The position numbers and the translations under genes are program-made. From an uncultured Gemmatimonadales bacterium (GTDB taxonomy: Bacteria; Gemmatimonadota; Gemmatimonadetes; Gemmatimonadales; GWC2-71-9), in NCBI GenBank assembly GCA_963729985.1, contig CAVSPJ010000002.1, positions 394,015-458,014 on the forward strand: DNA of 64,000 bases. Reading direction: 5' to 3'. The notes under the pieces are model-generated. The model was not told where the DNA came from and made no database searches. It saw nothing but the letters and a program-made list of their open reading frames with translations. Shown in pieces: positions 27,692 to 36,472 of the stretch; position 1 is the first letter of the stretch, and each line of letters begins with the position of its first letter.

Positions 27692-29563
27692 TCAGTGGCC
27701 TCCGTGCGACGGCGTGCGGAACTCGGAGTATCCCTTCTCGAACAGCCAGTTGTAGAGCCCGAAGAACAGCAGCGCGACCGCGACGACGATGCCCCAGGGA
27801 CCCCACTTGGGCGACATCATGATGGCCACGAAGATCGAGGTCACCCCGATCGCCGAGATCAGGGGCCAGTACGACGGGTTGGGCAGATGGATTCCGGCGC
27901 CGCTGGTGAGCGGCGGCTCCGGCAGGCGTCCCCCGCTCTGCCGCTTCAGGTCCCACAGCGGGTCGCGGCCGTGCACCGAGGGAATCTGGTCGAAGTTCCA
28001 TTCCTGGGGCGGCGAGGGAATCGCCCATTCCAGCGTGGCGCCGTTCCACGGATCGGCCGGCGCGTTCCGCGGTTTCCGCCAGGTCTTGAAGATGTTGATC
28101 AGGAACACGAGGAACGACAGGCCCAGGATCAGGGATCCGATCGTCTCGAGCTGGTTCAGCGCCTCGAAGCCGAGCTCCTTCGGGTAGGTGTAGGTCCGGC
28201 GCGGCATGCCGTTGAGCCCGACGAAGTGCATCGGGAAGAACGTCAGGTTGAAGCCGATCAGCATCAGCCAGAAATGCAGCTTGCCGAGCCGCTCGTCGAG
28301 CATCCGGCCGAACATCTTGGGCCACCAGTAGTAGCCGCCGGCGACCAGGGCGAAGATGCTGCCGCCGAACATCACGTAGTGGAAGTGCGCCACGATGAAG
28401 TAGGTGTCGTTCTGCTGCATGTCGGCCGGTGGCGGGGCGTGCATTACGCCCGACAGGCCGCCGATGATGAACATCGCGATGAACCCGACCGCGAAGTACA
28501 TCGGCGTCTTGAACTGGAGCGAGCCGAACCACATCGTGCCCAGCCAGTTGAAGATCTTCACCCCGGTCGGGATGGCGATCAGCATGGTGGTGAGCGAGAA
28601 GAAGGTGTCCGCGATCGGGCCCATCCCGGTGGTGAACATGTGGTGGCTCCACACGCCGAACCCGAGAAAGGCGATGAACACTCCCGAGAAGACCATCGCC
28701 GCGTAGCCGAACAGCGGCTTGCGGGAGAAGACGGGCAGCACCTCGGAGACGATGCCGAAGGCGGGCATGATCAGGATGTAGACCTCGGGATGGCCGAAGA
28801 TCCAGAAGAAGTGCTGCCAGAGCAGCGGGTCGCCGCCGCCGGCCGGGACGAAGAAATGGGTGCCCCAGAACCGGTCGAACATCAGCAGGATGAGGGCGAC
28901 GGCGATGACCGGGAACGCGAGCAGCAGCAGGACCTGGGTGATGAAGCTCATCCAGACGAACATCGGCATCCGCATCATCGTCATCCCGGGGGCCCGCAGG
29001 TTGACGATGGTCACGAAGAAGTTGACCGCCGCCGCCAGCGACGCGACGCCCAGGATCTGGAGCCCCATGTTCCAGAAGTCCACGTTGGGCCCCGGCGAGA
29101 ACTGGCGCGAGGTCAGGTTGGCGTAGCCGTACCAGCCGGTATCCGGCGCCGCGCCGAAGAGAAAGCTCGCGTTGAGAAACAGCCCGCCCAGCAGAAAGAC
29201 CCAGTAGCTGAATGCGTTGAGCCGGGGGAACGCCACGTCCCTCGCGCCGATCAGGAGCGGGATCATGAAGTTGAAGAACATCGAGCTCAGCGGCATGATC
29301 GCGAGGAAGATCATGGTCGTGCCGTGCATCGTGAACAGCTGGTTGTACGTCTCCGGATCGAGGAAGGTGTTGTCGGCCCGGGACAGCTGGATCCGGATCA
29401 GGAGCGCCTCGAGTCCGCCCAGCAGGAAGAAGAAGAACGCGGTCGCGCCGTACAGGATCCCGATCCGCTTGTGGTCGACGGTGGTGATCCAACTCCACAG
29501 GCCGTACTTCTCGCCGTGGGCCGCCGCGTGCGCGGGATGCTGGTCTAGGGCAGTCGTCGCCAT
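27692..29563 (-). CDS. ctaD: Cytochrome c oxidase subunit I
   Basis: 623 aa. ...WITTVDHKRIGILY...FWIFGHPEVYILI...HHMFTTGM...VAHFHYVMFGG... carry the heme/CuB ligand motifs. Confidence 0.95.
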   Translation of the reverse strand: MATTALDQHPAHAAAHGEKYGLWSWITTVDHKRIGILYGATAFFFFLLGGLEALLIRIQLSRADNTFLDPETYNQLFTMHGTTMIFLAIMPLSSMFFNFMIPLLIGARDVAFPRLNAFSYWVFLLGGLFLNASFLFGAAPDTGWYGYANLTSRQFSPGPNVDFWNMGLQILGVASLAAAVNFFVTIVNLRAPGMTMMRMPMFVWMSFITQVLLLLAFPVIAVALILLMFDRFWGTHFFVPAGGGDPLLWQHFFWIFGHPEVYILIMPAFGIVSEVLPVFSRKPLFGYAAMVFSGVFIAFLGFGVWSHHMFTTGMGPIADTFFSLTTMLIAIPTGVKIFNWLGTMWFGSLQFKTPMYFAVGFIAMFIIGGLSGVMHAPPPADMQQNDTYFIVAHFHYVMFGGSIFALVAGGYYWWPKMFGRMLDERLGKLHFWLMLIGFNLTFFPMHFVGLNGMPRRTYTYPKELGFEALNQLETIGSLILGLSFLVFLINIFKTWRKPRNAPADPWNGATLEWAIPSPPQEWNFDQIPSVHGRDPLWDLKRQSGGRLPEPPLTSGAGIHLPNPSYWPLISAIGVTSIFVAIMMSPKWGPWGIVVAVALLFFGLYNWLFEKGYSEFRTPSHGGH

Positions 29564-29575
29564 GTCCTGATCCGG

Positions 29576-30706
29576 TTATTTGTGAGCGCGGAGGTAGGCC
29601 GTGAGCGCCCGGGACTCGTCCACCGTGACGCCGAGGTTCGGCATCAGGACGCCCTTCTTCACCGTCTGGGGCTCGCGGATCCAGCGCTCGAGGTTCTCAT
29701 CCGTGTTCTTGAGCCAGCCCGCGGCGATGTACGACCGGGACCCCACGTTGGCCAGATTGGGCCCGATCATCCCCTTGGGCGCCTGCACCGCCTGGAGCGA
29801 ATGGCAGCCCACGCAGCCCTTGGCCAGGAACAGCTTCTCGCCCTGGGCATACTCGGCGCCCTGCGCCCCCCCGGTGGCGGTGGTGTCCTTCGCCGGGCCC
29901 TGGACCTTGGCCCCGGCGCTGGCGGTCTTCAGCGAGTCGCCCGCGGGCGCGGCTGCCGGTGCCGGGACGGCCTTCGGCCCCAGCGACCGCATGTGGGCGA
30001 TCCAGTCGTCGAACGCCGCCGGCTCCACTGACCGGATGTGGAACGCCATCCGGGCGTGCTGAATCCCGCAGTACTCCGCACACTGCCCGGGGAACAGTCC
30101 GGTCGAGTCGGCCTTCCACCACAGCCGCGTCTGCCGGCCGGGAAAGACGTCGCGCTTCCCCGCGAAGCGCGGGGGCCAGAAGCTGTGCACCACGTCGGCC
30201 GAGTTGTTGATGATCTCCACCGTGCGCCCTTGCGGGATGTACATCTCGTTCGCGGTCGTGACCCCGGTTTCCGGATAGTGGAACTCCCACCACCACTGGT
30301 GGCCGGTCACCTCGATCTTCAGGGCGCCGGGGGGGGTCCGGCTGGTGTCGAAGATTCCCTTGACCGTGGGCACGGCGATCGCGGCCAGAATCAGGGCCGG
30401 AATCAGGGTCCAGATGATCTCGACGGTCGTGTTGCCGTGGATCTGGGACGGTTCAGGGTCGTCCGGCTTGCCGCGGAAGCGGAAGATGGAGTAGAGCAGC
30501 GCCCCTTCCACCAGGATGAACACGCCGAGGGCCCAGTAGAAGGTCTGGTCCTGCACGTGGTCGCCGATGCGGGCGAAATCGGAGAGCGGCAGCAGCGCCG
30601 TCTGGGGATACTGATCCCGGCTGCACCCCGCGAGGGCCAGCACCAGCACGCAGAGCGAGGGCAGCGGGCCGGCGTGGCGCCTGGCGGCGGCGGTCCTAAG
30701 GTGCAT
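29576..30706 (-). CDS. ctaC: Cytochrome c oxidase subunit II with fused C-terminal cytochrome c domain (caa3 type)
   Basis: CuA site HSFWPP...CAEYCGIQHARM plus a C-terminal heme-c motif CVGCHS. Lipoprotein-like signal LALAGCS. Confidence 0.9.
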   Translation of the reverse strand: MHLRTAAARRHAGPLPSLCVLVLALAGCSRDQYPQTALLPLSDFARIGDHVQDQTFYWALGVFILVEGALLYSIFRFRGKPDDPEPSQIHGNTTVEIIWTLIPALILAAIAVPTVKGIFDTSRTPPGALKIEVTGHQWWWEFHYPETGVTTANEMYIPQGRTVEIINNSADVVHSFWPPRFAGKRDVFPGRQTRLWWKADSTGLFPGQCAEYCGIQHARMAFHIRSVEPAAFDDWIAHMRSLGPKAVPAPAAAPAGDSLKTASAGAKVQGPAKDTTATGGAQGAEYAQGEKLFLAKGCVGCHSLQAVQAPKGMIGPNLANVGSRSYIAAGWLKNTDENLERWIREPQTVKKGVLMPNLGVTVDESRALTAYLRAHK

Positions 30707-30759
30707 TACTCACGCGTCCTTTGAGCAAGGAACCACGCAAACCAGGGAATGAGAGGGGC

Positions 30760-30788
30760 AGCTTATCATTTTCCTGGTCCTAGGTCAA
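30760..30788 (-). promoter_or_regulatory. Candidate sigma70-type promoter of the cox operon
   Basis: Minus strand reads TTGACC-17 nt-TAAGCT, about 55 nt upstream of the ctaC ATG (30706). Confidence 0.35.
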
Positions 30789-30816
30789 GGAAACGCTTGC
30801 AGAATTGTCCCTTATC

Positions 30817-32159
30817 TCATCGCGACGCCATCGCCTGCTCCACCTCCCGGACGGTACGGGGGATCCCCGAGGACAGGACCTCCGCCCCTCCGGCGGTCAC
30901 CAGGATGTCGTCCTCGATCCGGATACCCAGGCTCTCGGTCGGGATGTAGATCCCCGGCTCCAGGGTAAACACCATCCCGGGCTCGAGCCGCCGTGAGTAG
31001 GCGCCCACATCATGGACGTCCATGCCCAACCAGTGCGAGAGTCCGTGGATGAAGTATCGCTCGCAACCGGACTCCCCGCACAGCTTCGCCGAATGCCGCC
31101 GCATGTGGTCCCGGGCAATGCGGTCGAGCGCCGCGAGGCTGGTCCCCGGGCGCACCGAGTCCAGGGCGGCCTGCTGGGCGCCCAGCACCAGCTCGTAGAG
31201 CCGACGTTGGCGGCTGTCGAACCGCCCGGAGATAGGTATGGTCCGGGTGACGTCCGCCGAGTAGTACCCGAATTCGGCACCGACATCCAGCACCACCAGC
31301 TCGCCCGGCTGGGTTTGGCGCCGATTCTCGTCGTAGTGCAGGGTGGTGCCGTTGGGCCCGGAGCCTACGATCGAGGGGAACCCCAATCGCTCCGCCCCCC
31401 GTCTCCGGAATCCGTACTCGAGCCGGCCCTCCAGCTCGTACTCGTACATCCCGGGGCGCGCCTCTCGCATCGTCTCCCGAATCGCCTCCCCGGTGATCTC
31501 GACCGCGCGGCGAAGGCGCCGGACCTCGTCGTCGTCCTTGACCTGTCGGAGCACGGCCAGCTCGGTGTCCAAATCCAGGATCGGGACCGACCCGAAGCCG
31601 CCGGCCCCCGGGACCAGCCGCCGGGTGATCCGGGAGGTTGCCTGCCTGGAGGCCCGCTTGAGCAGGAGCGCGCCCGCTCTCGCGGCCGAGCCGGGCTCCA
31701 GCACGGTCCGTTCGATCTCCGATTCCGCCTGAGACGAGGGACGGACGTCCTCGATACCGGTCAGACGGCGCGCCTCCGGGCCGGGGCTCAGGGCGGGACT
31801 GTTCCAGCGCGCGGAGCCGGGGTCCCGCTCCGGGAGATAGAGCACCTCCAGGTCGGGGCCGTTCTCCCGGGCGATCAGCACCAGCCACCCGCCGGGCGCC
31901 TCCAGCCCGGTCAGGTAGAAGAAGTCGTTGTCTTCGCGGTAATCGCTGTCCTGGGGGTAGTCGCGGTCGAGGCTGCGGAGAGTTCGCCGATCGCAGGACC
32001 GCGATGCCGGTTCCGATCTGGTCCAGCAGCACCGCCCGCCGGGCGGCGAGCCGCTCGACGGGGACCGGGCCCGGCCGGAGACCCGGCCTGGGCGGATGAC
32101 GTCCGGGGCAGCAGCGCCACGCAGGCGCCGAGCGCCACACCCACGCCACACAGCCTCAC
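30817..32159 (-). pseudogene. pepP: Xaa-Pro aminopeptidase (M24B, PepP-like) interrupted by two +1 frame disruptions near the 5' end
   Basis: The catalytic domain is intact in frame A (30817..about 31980: ...HYDENRRQ...LDVGAEFGYYSADVTRT...HGLSHWLGMDVHD...EPGIYIP...GIRIEDD). The N-domain ERLAARRAVLLDQIGTGIAVLRSANS is in a second frame. The signal peptide (V)RLCGVGVALGACVALLPRTSSAQ is in a third frame, starting at GTG 32159 in a GTGA overlap with the upstream gene. Confidence 0.75.
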
Positions 32160-32833
32160 CGAATCACCTGGTCGAAGGCCACCGCCCCTTCGACCGGATA
32201 GCTGAAGTGCCACCACTCCTTCTCGTAGTTCTGAAACCCCTCCGACTCCATGACTCGCACCAGGATCTCCCGGTACCGCCGGACCCGTCCCTCGGCGGTC
32301 GCGGTGTGTGCCTCGGGTGCAAAAGTGTCGAACGGCGTCCCCATCGGCACCTCCGTCCCGCTCGCCGGATCCACCAGCGTGAGGTCCACCGCGACACCCA
32401 GGTTGTGCCGGCTGCGCCGCGCGATGTAGCCGCTGTCCACCAGCTCTCGCCGCCCGGTGCGCTCGGCCCATTCCACCATCGCGAGGGTCGCCCGGACCGG
32501 GCGATAGCCGTCGAAGACCCGGAGGCCGAGCCCGCCCGAGCGGAGCCTCGCCTGTACCCGGCCGAGGGCCGCGGCCACCTCGCGGCGGAGCAGCGCCCGC
32601 GGGGCCTCGTAACCCGGCAGCGGGGCACCGGTGAAGTTGTCGGAGGAGGCGTAGCGCGCGTCCACCTGAATGGTGCTGTCCACCGACCGGACGTCCACCA
32701 GCAGGCTGTCGGCGGCGGCGGCGGACCCGGTGGGCACGGGTGGCGCCTCGGGCGAGGAGACGGCGGCGGGGCGGCCTCCGCACGCCAGCAGCAGGAGGGT
32801 CGCCGCCGCCGCGGCGCCGGAAAGGGGCTTCAT
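32156..32833 (-). CDS. ddpX: D-alanyl-D-alanine dipeptidase (VanX/DdpX, peptidase M15D) lipoprotein
   Basis: Start MKPLSGAAAAATLLLLACGG. ...YASSDNFTG...FDGYRP...SRHNLGVAVDLTL...EWWHFSY are VanX zinc-ligand and catalytic blocks. Confidence 0.85.
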   Translation of the reverse strand: MKPLSGAAAAATLLLLACGGRPAAVSSPEAPPVPTGSAAAADSLLVDVRSVDSTIQVDARYASSDNFTGAPLPGYEAPRALLRREVAAALGRVQARLRSGGLGLRVFDGYRPVRATLAMVEWAERTGRRELVDSGYIARRSRHNLGVAVDLTLVDPASGTEVPMGTPFDTFAPEAHTATAEGRVRRYREILVRVMESEGFQNYEKEWWHFSYPVEGAVAFDQVIR

Positions 32834-32957
32834 CGTGGCAAGATACATCGAAATCTGGCTCCTGGATCGTAAGCGGCTACAAATCAAACACTTCTGCGCC
32901 CGGGACCTTCCGCATGGCCGACCGGGGGGTATCTTTCCGGGTCGGATTCTCATTCAG

Positions 32958-32981
32958 GCCTGGCGACACCCATCGCCAGGC
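32958..32981 (+). other. 9-bp perfect hairpin in the greA leader, 24 nt before the start codon
   Basis: GCCTGGCGA-caccca-TCGCCAGGC followed by gcTTcT. A second imperfect hairpin (CCGACCGG...CCGGGTCGG) lies about 30 nt upstream. Confidence 0.4.
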
Positions 32982-33004
32982 GCTTCTACCTCCTCTGGTT
33001 CCAT

Positions 33005-33517
33005 ATGATTCGTGAAATGCGCGAGAAGCTGAGCCGTGAAGTCGACCAGCTCAGCCATGAACTCAATGTCCTCCTTCCCCAGGCCATCGCCCAGGCGGTC
33101 GAGCTGGGCGATCTGCGGGAGAACTCGGAATACAAGGCCGCGCTCGAGCGCCAGCAGTTCGTGCAGGCGCGGTTGGGCCAGCTGCACCACCGGCTGAGCC
33201 AGCTGGGCCAGTTGGCCAACCACGAGGCGCCGACCGATCGTGTCGGGCTCGGCTCCACGGTCACGGTGCTCGACCTCGAGACCAGCGAGACCGACACCTA
33301 CATCGTCGTGCTCGCGGAGATGATGGACATCGACGCCGGGCACATCTCGCTCGCGTCCCCGCTGGGACGAGCACTCTCCGACAAGCGCGTGGGCGACGAG
33401 CTCAGCCTGCGCCTGCCGACCACCACCCGCCAGTTCCGGATCACCAAGCTGGTGACGGTCCATCAGGCCGAGGGCAACGGGAATGGCACGCGGAGGAAGA
33501 AAGAGCGTGAAGGGTGA
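33005..33517 (+). CDS. greA: GreA/GreB family transcription elongation factor
   Basis: N-terminal coiled coil with ...GDLRENSEYKAALERQ..., and a C-terminal FKBP-like domain ...VGLGSTVTVLDLETSE...ISLASPLGRAL.... Confidence 0.8.
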   Translation: MIREMREKLSREVDQLSHELNVLLPQAIAQAVELGDLRENSEYKAALERQQFVQARLGQLHHRLSQLGQLANHEAPTDRVGLGSTVTVLDLETSETDTYIVVLAEMMDIDAGHISLASPLGRALSDKRVGDELSLRLPTTTRQFRITKLVTVHQAEGNGNGTRRKKEREG

Positions 33518-33906
33518 CGGGCGCGGAATCTCCCGACATGGACTTTCCCAAGAAGCAGCTGCTGGTGGTAGGCGACCGGGTCCTGATCGCCGCCGAGGAT
33601 GGCGACGAGAGGACCCGTGTGGGACTCTACCTCCCCGCCACGGCGATCGACTCGCAGCAGGTGCAGACCGGGCTCATCGTGGCCACCGGACCCGGCGATC
33701 CGGTCGCCGACATCAGCAGCCTGGATGACGAGCCCTGGAAGGTGGACCGCCGGGAAGGCAAGAGCCGCGGCATGCAGGCGCGGGTCGGCGATCACGCCAT
33801 CTTCTTCCGCAAGGCCGCGGTGGAGATCTCGTTCGAGGAAAAGAAGTACCTCGTGGTGCCCCAGGCCGCGATTCTGGTGCTGATCCGCGACGATCTGCCC
33901 ATCTGA
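33514..33906 (+). CDS. GroES (Cpn10)-like co-chaperonin family protein with an internal insertion
   Basis: ...LLVVGDRVLI...RVGLYLPATA...QTGLIVATGPG...ARVGDHAIFFRKAAVEISFEEKKYLVVPQAAILVLI follows the GroES pattern. GTG 33514 is in a GTGA overlap with the greA stop. The alternative start is ATG 33538. Confidence 0.7.
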   Translation: MTGAESPDMDFPKKQLLVVGDRVLIAAEDGDERTRVGLYLPATAIDSQQVQTGLIVATGPGDPVADISSLDDEPWKVDRREGKSRGMQARVGDHAIFFRKAAVEISFEEKKYLVVPQAAILVLIRDDLPI

Positions 33907-33930
33907 GGTCCTCGGCCGGGACCACCCACC

Positions 33931-34445
33931 GTGTGCTACTACCTCCGCATCGCCAGCCCGCTCACCTTGAGCGAGGTTCGCTCGATGCTGCCGGCGGGAA
34001 TCGTCGCCGACGCGCTTCCGGCCGAGGAGCTCGGGCGGTTCCGCGCGATGCTCCCGGCCGCGCAGACCGTCGCGCACCTGAAGGTCGGACCCTGCTCCTG
34101 CGACCTGGTGCGTGCCCGACAGGCCGATGCGCGCGACGACGAGCGTCATCTGCGACAGCGGTACGCCCGGCTCGGCCTGTCGCGCGACCGGATCATCCGC
34201 GAGCTGGAGCGGCACCGGGCCGACGTCGGCCGTGCTCGAGCCGCAGGGCGGATGGCGAAGCGCGCTCGCCGGGTTCGTCGCCGAGCACGCGCGGAACGCG
34301 GGACCCACGCTCTATGAGCTCCGCTTCCTGCCCGGGGGCCGCGACGCCGCGCGACGCGCGGGCCGCCAGACGCACGGTCGCGGAGGTGCGGGCCGATCCC
34401 GAGGGCTGGCTGACGGAAGGGCAACCGTTGCTCGTCGTGCGGTGA
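33931..34445 (+). pseudogene. Hypothetical protein whose coding signal passes through three frames (two +1 disruptions)
   Basis: Frame 1 (33931-about 34225) reads MCYYLRIASPLTLSEVRSMLPAG...IIRELERHRA. Frame 2 (about 34230-34335) reads ...LEPQGGWRSALAGFVAEHARNAGPTLYELRFLPG. Frame 3 (about 34338-34445) reads ...RRTVAEVRADPEGWLTEGQPLLVVR*. GC3 bias follows this path. The second junction lies at a G5 run (34334-34338). Confidence 0.5.
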
Positions 34446-34492
34446 CGTGATGCGGGACGTGTCTCAACGCCATACGCTCGAGAGGGTGCACC

Positions 34493-34675
34493 ATGCGACG
34501 TGCGTTGCCGCTCGGGATGCCGACCTGTCTTCTCAGTCTCCTGCTGTTCGCCGGGTGCGGCGACGACGGCGCCAAGGGCGACGCGCCTGACGGAATGTCC
34601 CGCGCGGAGACGGCCGAAGGCACGTTCGACGCCGCTAGCCAGCCCGGCGACCCCGTCTCCGCTCCGTGTCGGTGA
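34493..34675 (+). CDS. Small lipoprotein (60 aa), or the N-terminal part of a split lipoprotein gene
   Basis: Lipobox LLLFAGCGDDG. The stop TGA at 34673-34675 overlaps GTG 34672 of the next ORF. Confidence 0.5.
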   Translation: MRRALPLGMPTCLLSLLLFAGCGDDGAKGDAPDGMSRAETAEGTFDAASQPGDPVSAPCR

Positions 34676-34785
34676 ATGACATCGAGCGCTGGGAGAAGGG
34701 CATGGCCGCCGAGCTGGCCGCCGTCCGGGCATCCGGGGCCAAGCTCGAGCATGCCAGGAGCGGCGAGGACACGCTCTCGGCGTAA
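34672..34785 (+). CDS. 37-codon ORF (VNDIERWEKGMAAELAAVRASGAKLEHARSGEDTLSA), coupled on both sides
   Basis: High GC3. GTGA overlap upstream and TAATG overlap downstream. It is not in the ORF track because it is under 60 aa. Confidence 0.35.
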   Translation: MNDIERWEKGMAAELAAVRASGAKLEHARSGEDTLSA

Positions 34786-35099
34786 TGGGGGTCCAGGAGA
34801 TGACCACCACGCCGGTCGGCGCCCGGGCGGCCGGCCTGGATCCGGAGCGCTACAACATGGTGCGGAGCAACCTGGGGGCAGCGGTCGGCTACCTGACGCC
34901 GCACCTGGGCGGCGTCGACACCACCCTCCTCTCCGCGGCTCAGCGCGAGGAAATGCGACGGATGAACGCGGCCCAGCTCAAGCAGCTCGAGAGCACGGTG
35001 CCGGCGGAAGTGATCGAGGCGCTGAAGCCGAAGGCGGAGGCGCTGCGAAAGCAGGAGCTCGAGCTGGCCGGCGCCCGCCTGAAGGGCGCCGGCATGTGA
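34785..35099 (+). CDS. Hypothetical helical protein (104 aa), or the C-terminal part of the split lipoprotein gene
   Basis: ORF-track entry 34785..35099 with non-shadow-like composition (MGVQEMTTTPVGARAAGLDPERYNMVRSNL...). Confidence 0.5.
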   Translation: MGVQEMTTTPVGARAAGLDPERYNMVRSNLGAAVGYLTPHLGGVDTTLLSAAQREEMRRMNAAQLKQLESTVPAEVIEALKPKAEALRKQELELAGARLKGAGM

Positions 35100-35108
35100 G
35101 CCGCCGCG

Positions 35109-36410
35109 CTACTTCTTGACCAGCTCGACCCGGCGGTTCTGCTGGCGGCCTTCGGCCGTGTCGTTGGCGCCGGCCGGCTTGGTCTGACCCAGCCCCGCCG
35201 CTTCCAGGCGGGCGCCGTCGATCTGGTAGGTGTCGATGAGGTACCGGCGAACCGCGGCGGCCCGCTTCTCGCTCAGCGCCTGGTTGGACTCCGGCTTGCC
35301 GACGTTGTCGGTGTGCCCCTCGATGGTGAGCTTGAGATCGGCGTGCTCCTTCAGCATGGTCCCGATCTCCTTCAGCGTCGGCGCCGACTCCTGCCGGATC
35401 ACGTCGCTGCCGGTGTCGAAGTAGATCCCCTGCGTCGCCACCCGCCCCTTCTCCGAGAGCGCGTCGTACAGCTTCTTGCCGCCGGCGGCGACACGGATGG
35501 GGCCCACGAGCGTGGCCTGGGCGCCGGTCTGGTCGTAGCCGGGGACCCAGAACTGCACCTTGTTGGAGCGGCCCAGGTCGGCGTTGGGCGCATTGCCCAC
35601 CCGCACGCCGTTGATGTAAACCTTGGTGTACTTACCGTCGGTCATGATGCGGGCGCGGTTCACCTTGTTCTGAAAATCCCCGCCTGCCGGTCCGGCCGTC
35701 TCGATCTTGCCGACGTAGGCGCCGCCTTCATCGGTGTTGAAGCGGACCTGAGGATTGGAGCCGCCCTGACTTTCCCAGTTACCCTCCGCGTTGCTCACGT
35801 TGAGCATGATGGGCCACCTGCTGCTGGCCTTGTCGTTCGTCACGTAGTCGAACTCCAGGGTGAACCGATCCGGCAAGGTCTCGGGCAGCACCACCGCGAA
35901 CTTGGCCGACTTGTTGACCCGGAGCCACTTCCCCCCTTCCCAGTCGGCGATCTCCGCGTTGCCCTCCTGGAACTCCAGCCGCCGGGGAAAATCGCCCACG
36001 TTGTCGGAGGTGTAGTCGTCGTAAAAGAGCACCCGATCGCCGGGGACGAAATCGAAGTTCACGAAGGCGCCCTCGCCCGCGGCCCGGGGCGCCGGGGCCG
36101 CGCCCGATGCGGTCTCGGCCGTGCTTCCCGCGACGGGCGCCTCGCTGCCCGCTTCCGACCCGGCCGGTTGGGCGGCGGCGGCACCGGGCGCCGCACCGGA
36201 GTCGGCGCCGCCACCTCCCTCGAGGGCACCGTCGATCGTCTTGCTCTCCTCGTCGGTCGTCTTCTGGATCGCCTTGTCCTCGGCGGTGCGCTTCACCGCG
36301 TCCTTCAGCCGCTTGCCGAACTGCGCCTCGGCCGTGTGAGGCAGGGTCACCAACGTCAGGGCGGCGAGGGCGATCGCCGGCAACAGTGTCAGACGGGCGT
36401 GCATGGACAT
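35109..36410 (-). CDS. OmpA family protein (N-terminal Ala/Gly-rich linker, lectin-like middle, C-terminal OmpA peptidoglycan-binding domain)
   Basis: The C-terminus ...IYFDTGSDVIRQES...LTIEGHTDNVG...NQALSEKRAAAVRRYL...NRRVELV is canonical OmpA_C. ATG 36410 is preceded by GAGGA. Confidence 0.85.
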   Translation of the reverse strand: MSMHARLTLLPAIALAALTLVTLPHTAEAQFGKRLKDAVKRTAEDKAIQKTTDEESKTIDGALEGGGGADSGAAPGAAAAQPAGSEAGSEAPVAGSTAETASGAAPAPRAAGEGAFVNFDFVPGDRVLFYDDYTSDNVGDFPRRLEFQEGNAEIADWEGGKWLRVNKSAKFAVVLPETLPDRFTLEFDYVTNDKASSRWPIMLNVSNAEGNWESQGGSNPQVRFNTDEGGAYVGKIETAGPAGGDFQNKVNRARIMTDGKYTKVYINGVRVGNAPNADLGRSNKVQFWVPGYDQTGAQATLVGPIRVAAGGKKLYDALSEKGRVATQGIYFDTGSDVIRQESAPTLKEIGTMLKEHADLKLTIEGHTDNVGKPESNQALSEKRAAAVRRYLIDTYQIDGARLEAAGLGQTKPAGANDTAEGRQQNRRVELVKK

Positions 36411-36472
36411 AGAATCCTCGGACGGAAGCACCGCTGTGGAGCGGAGGATTTCGCGATGGTCATAATCGAGCG

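Noticed and set aside
27002-29548. 848-aa plus-strand ORF and 814-aa minus-strand ORF (27054..29498) across the cox genes
   Set aside because: Both overlap ctaD/ctaE, which carry unmistakable heme-copper oxidase motifs in another frame. The alternative frames are low-complexity R/D/E/H/G-rich sequence.
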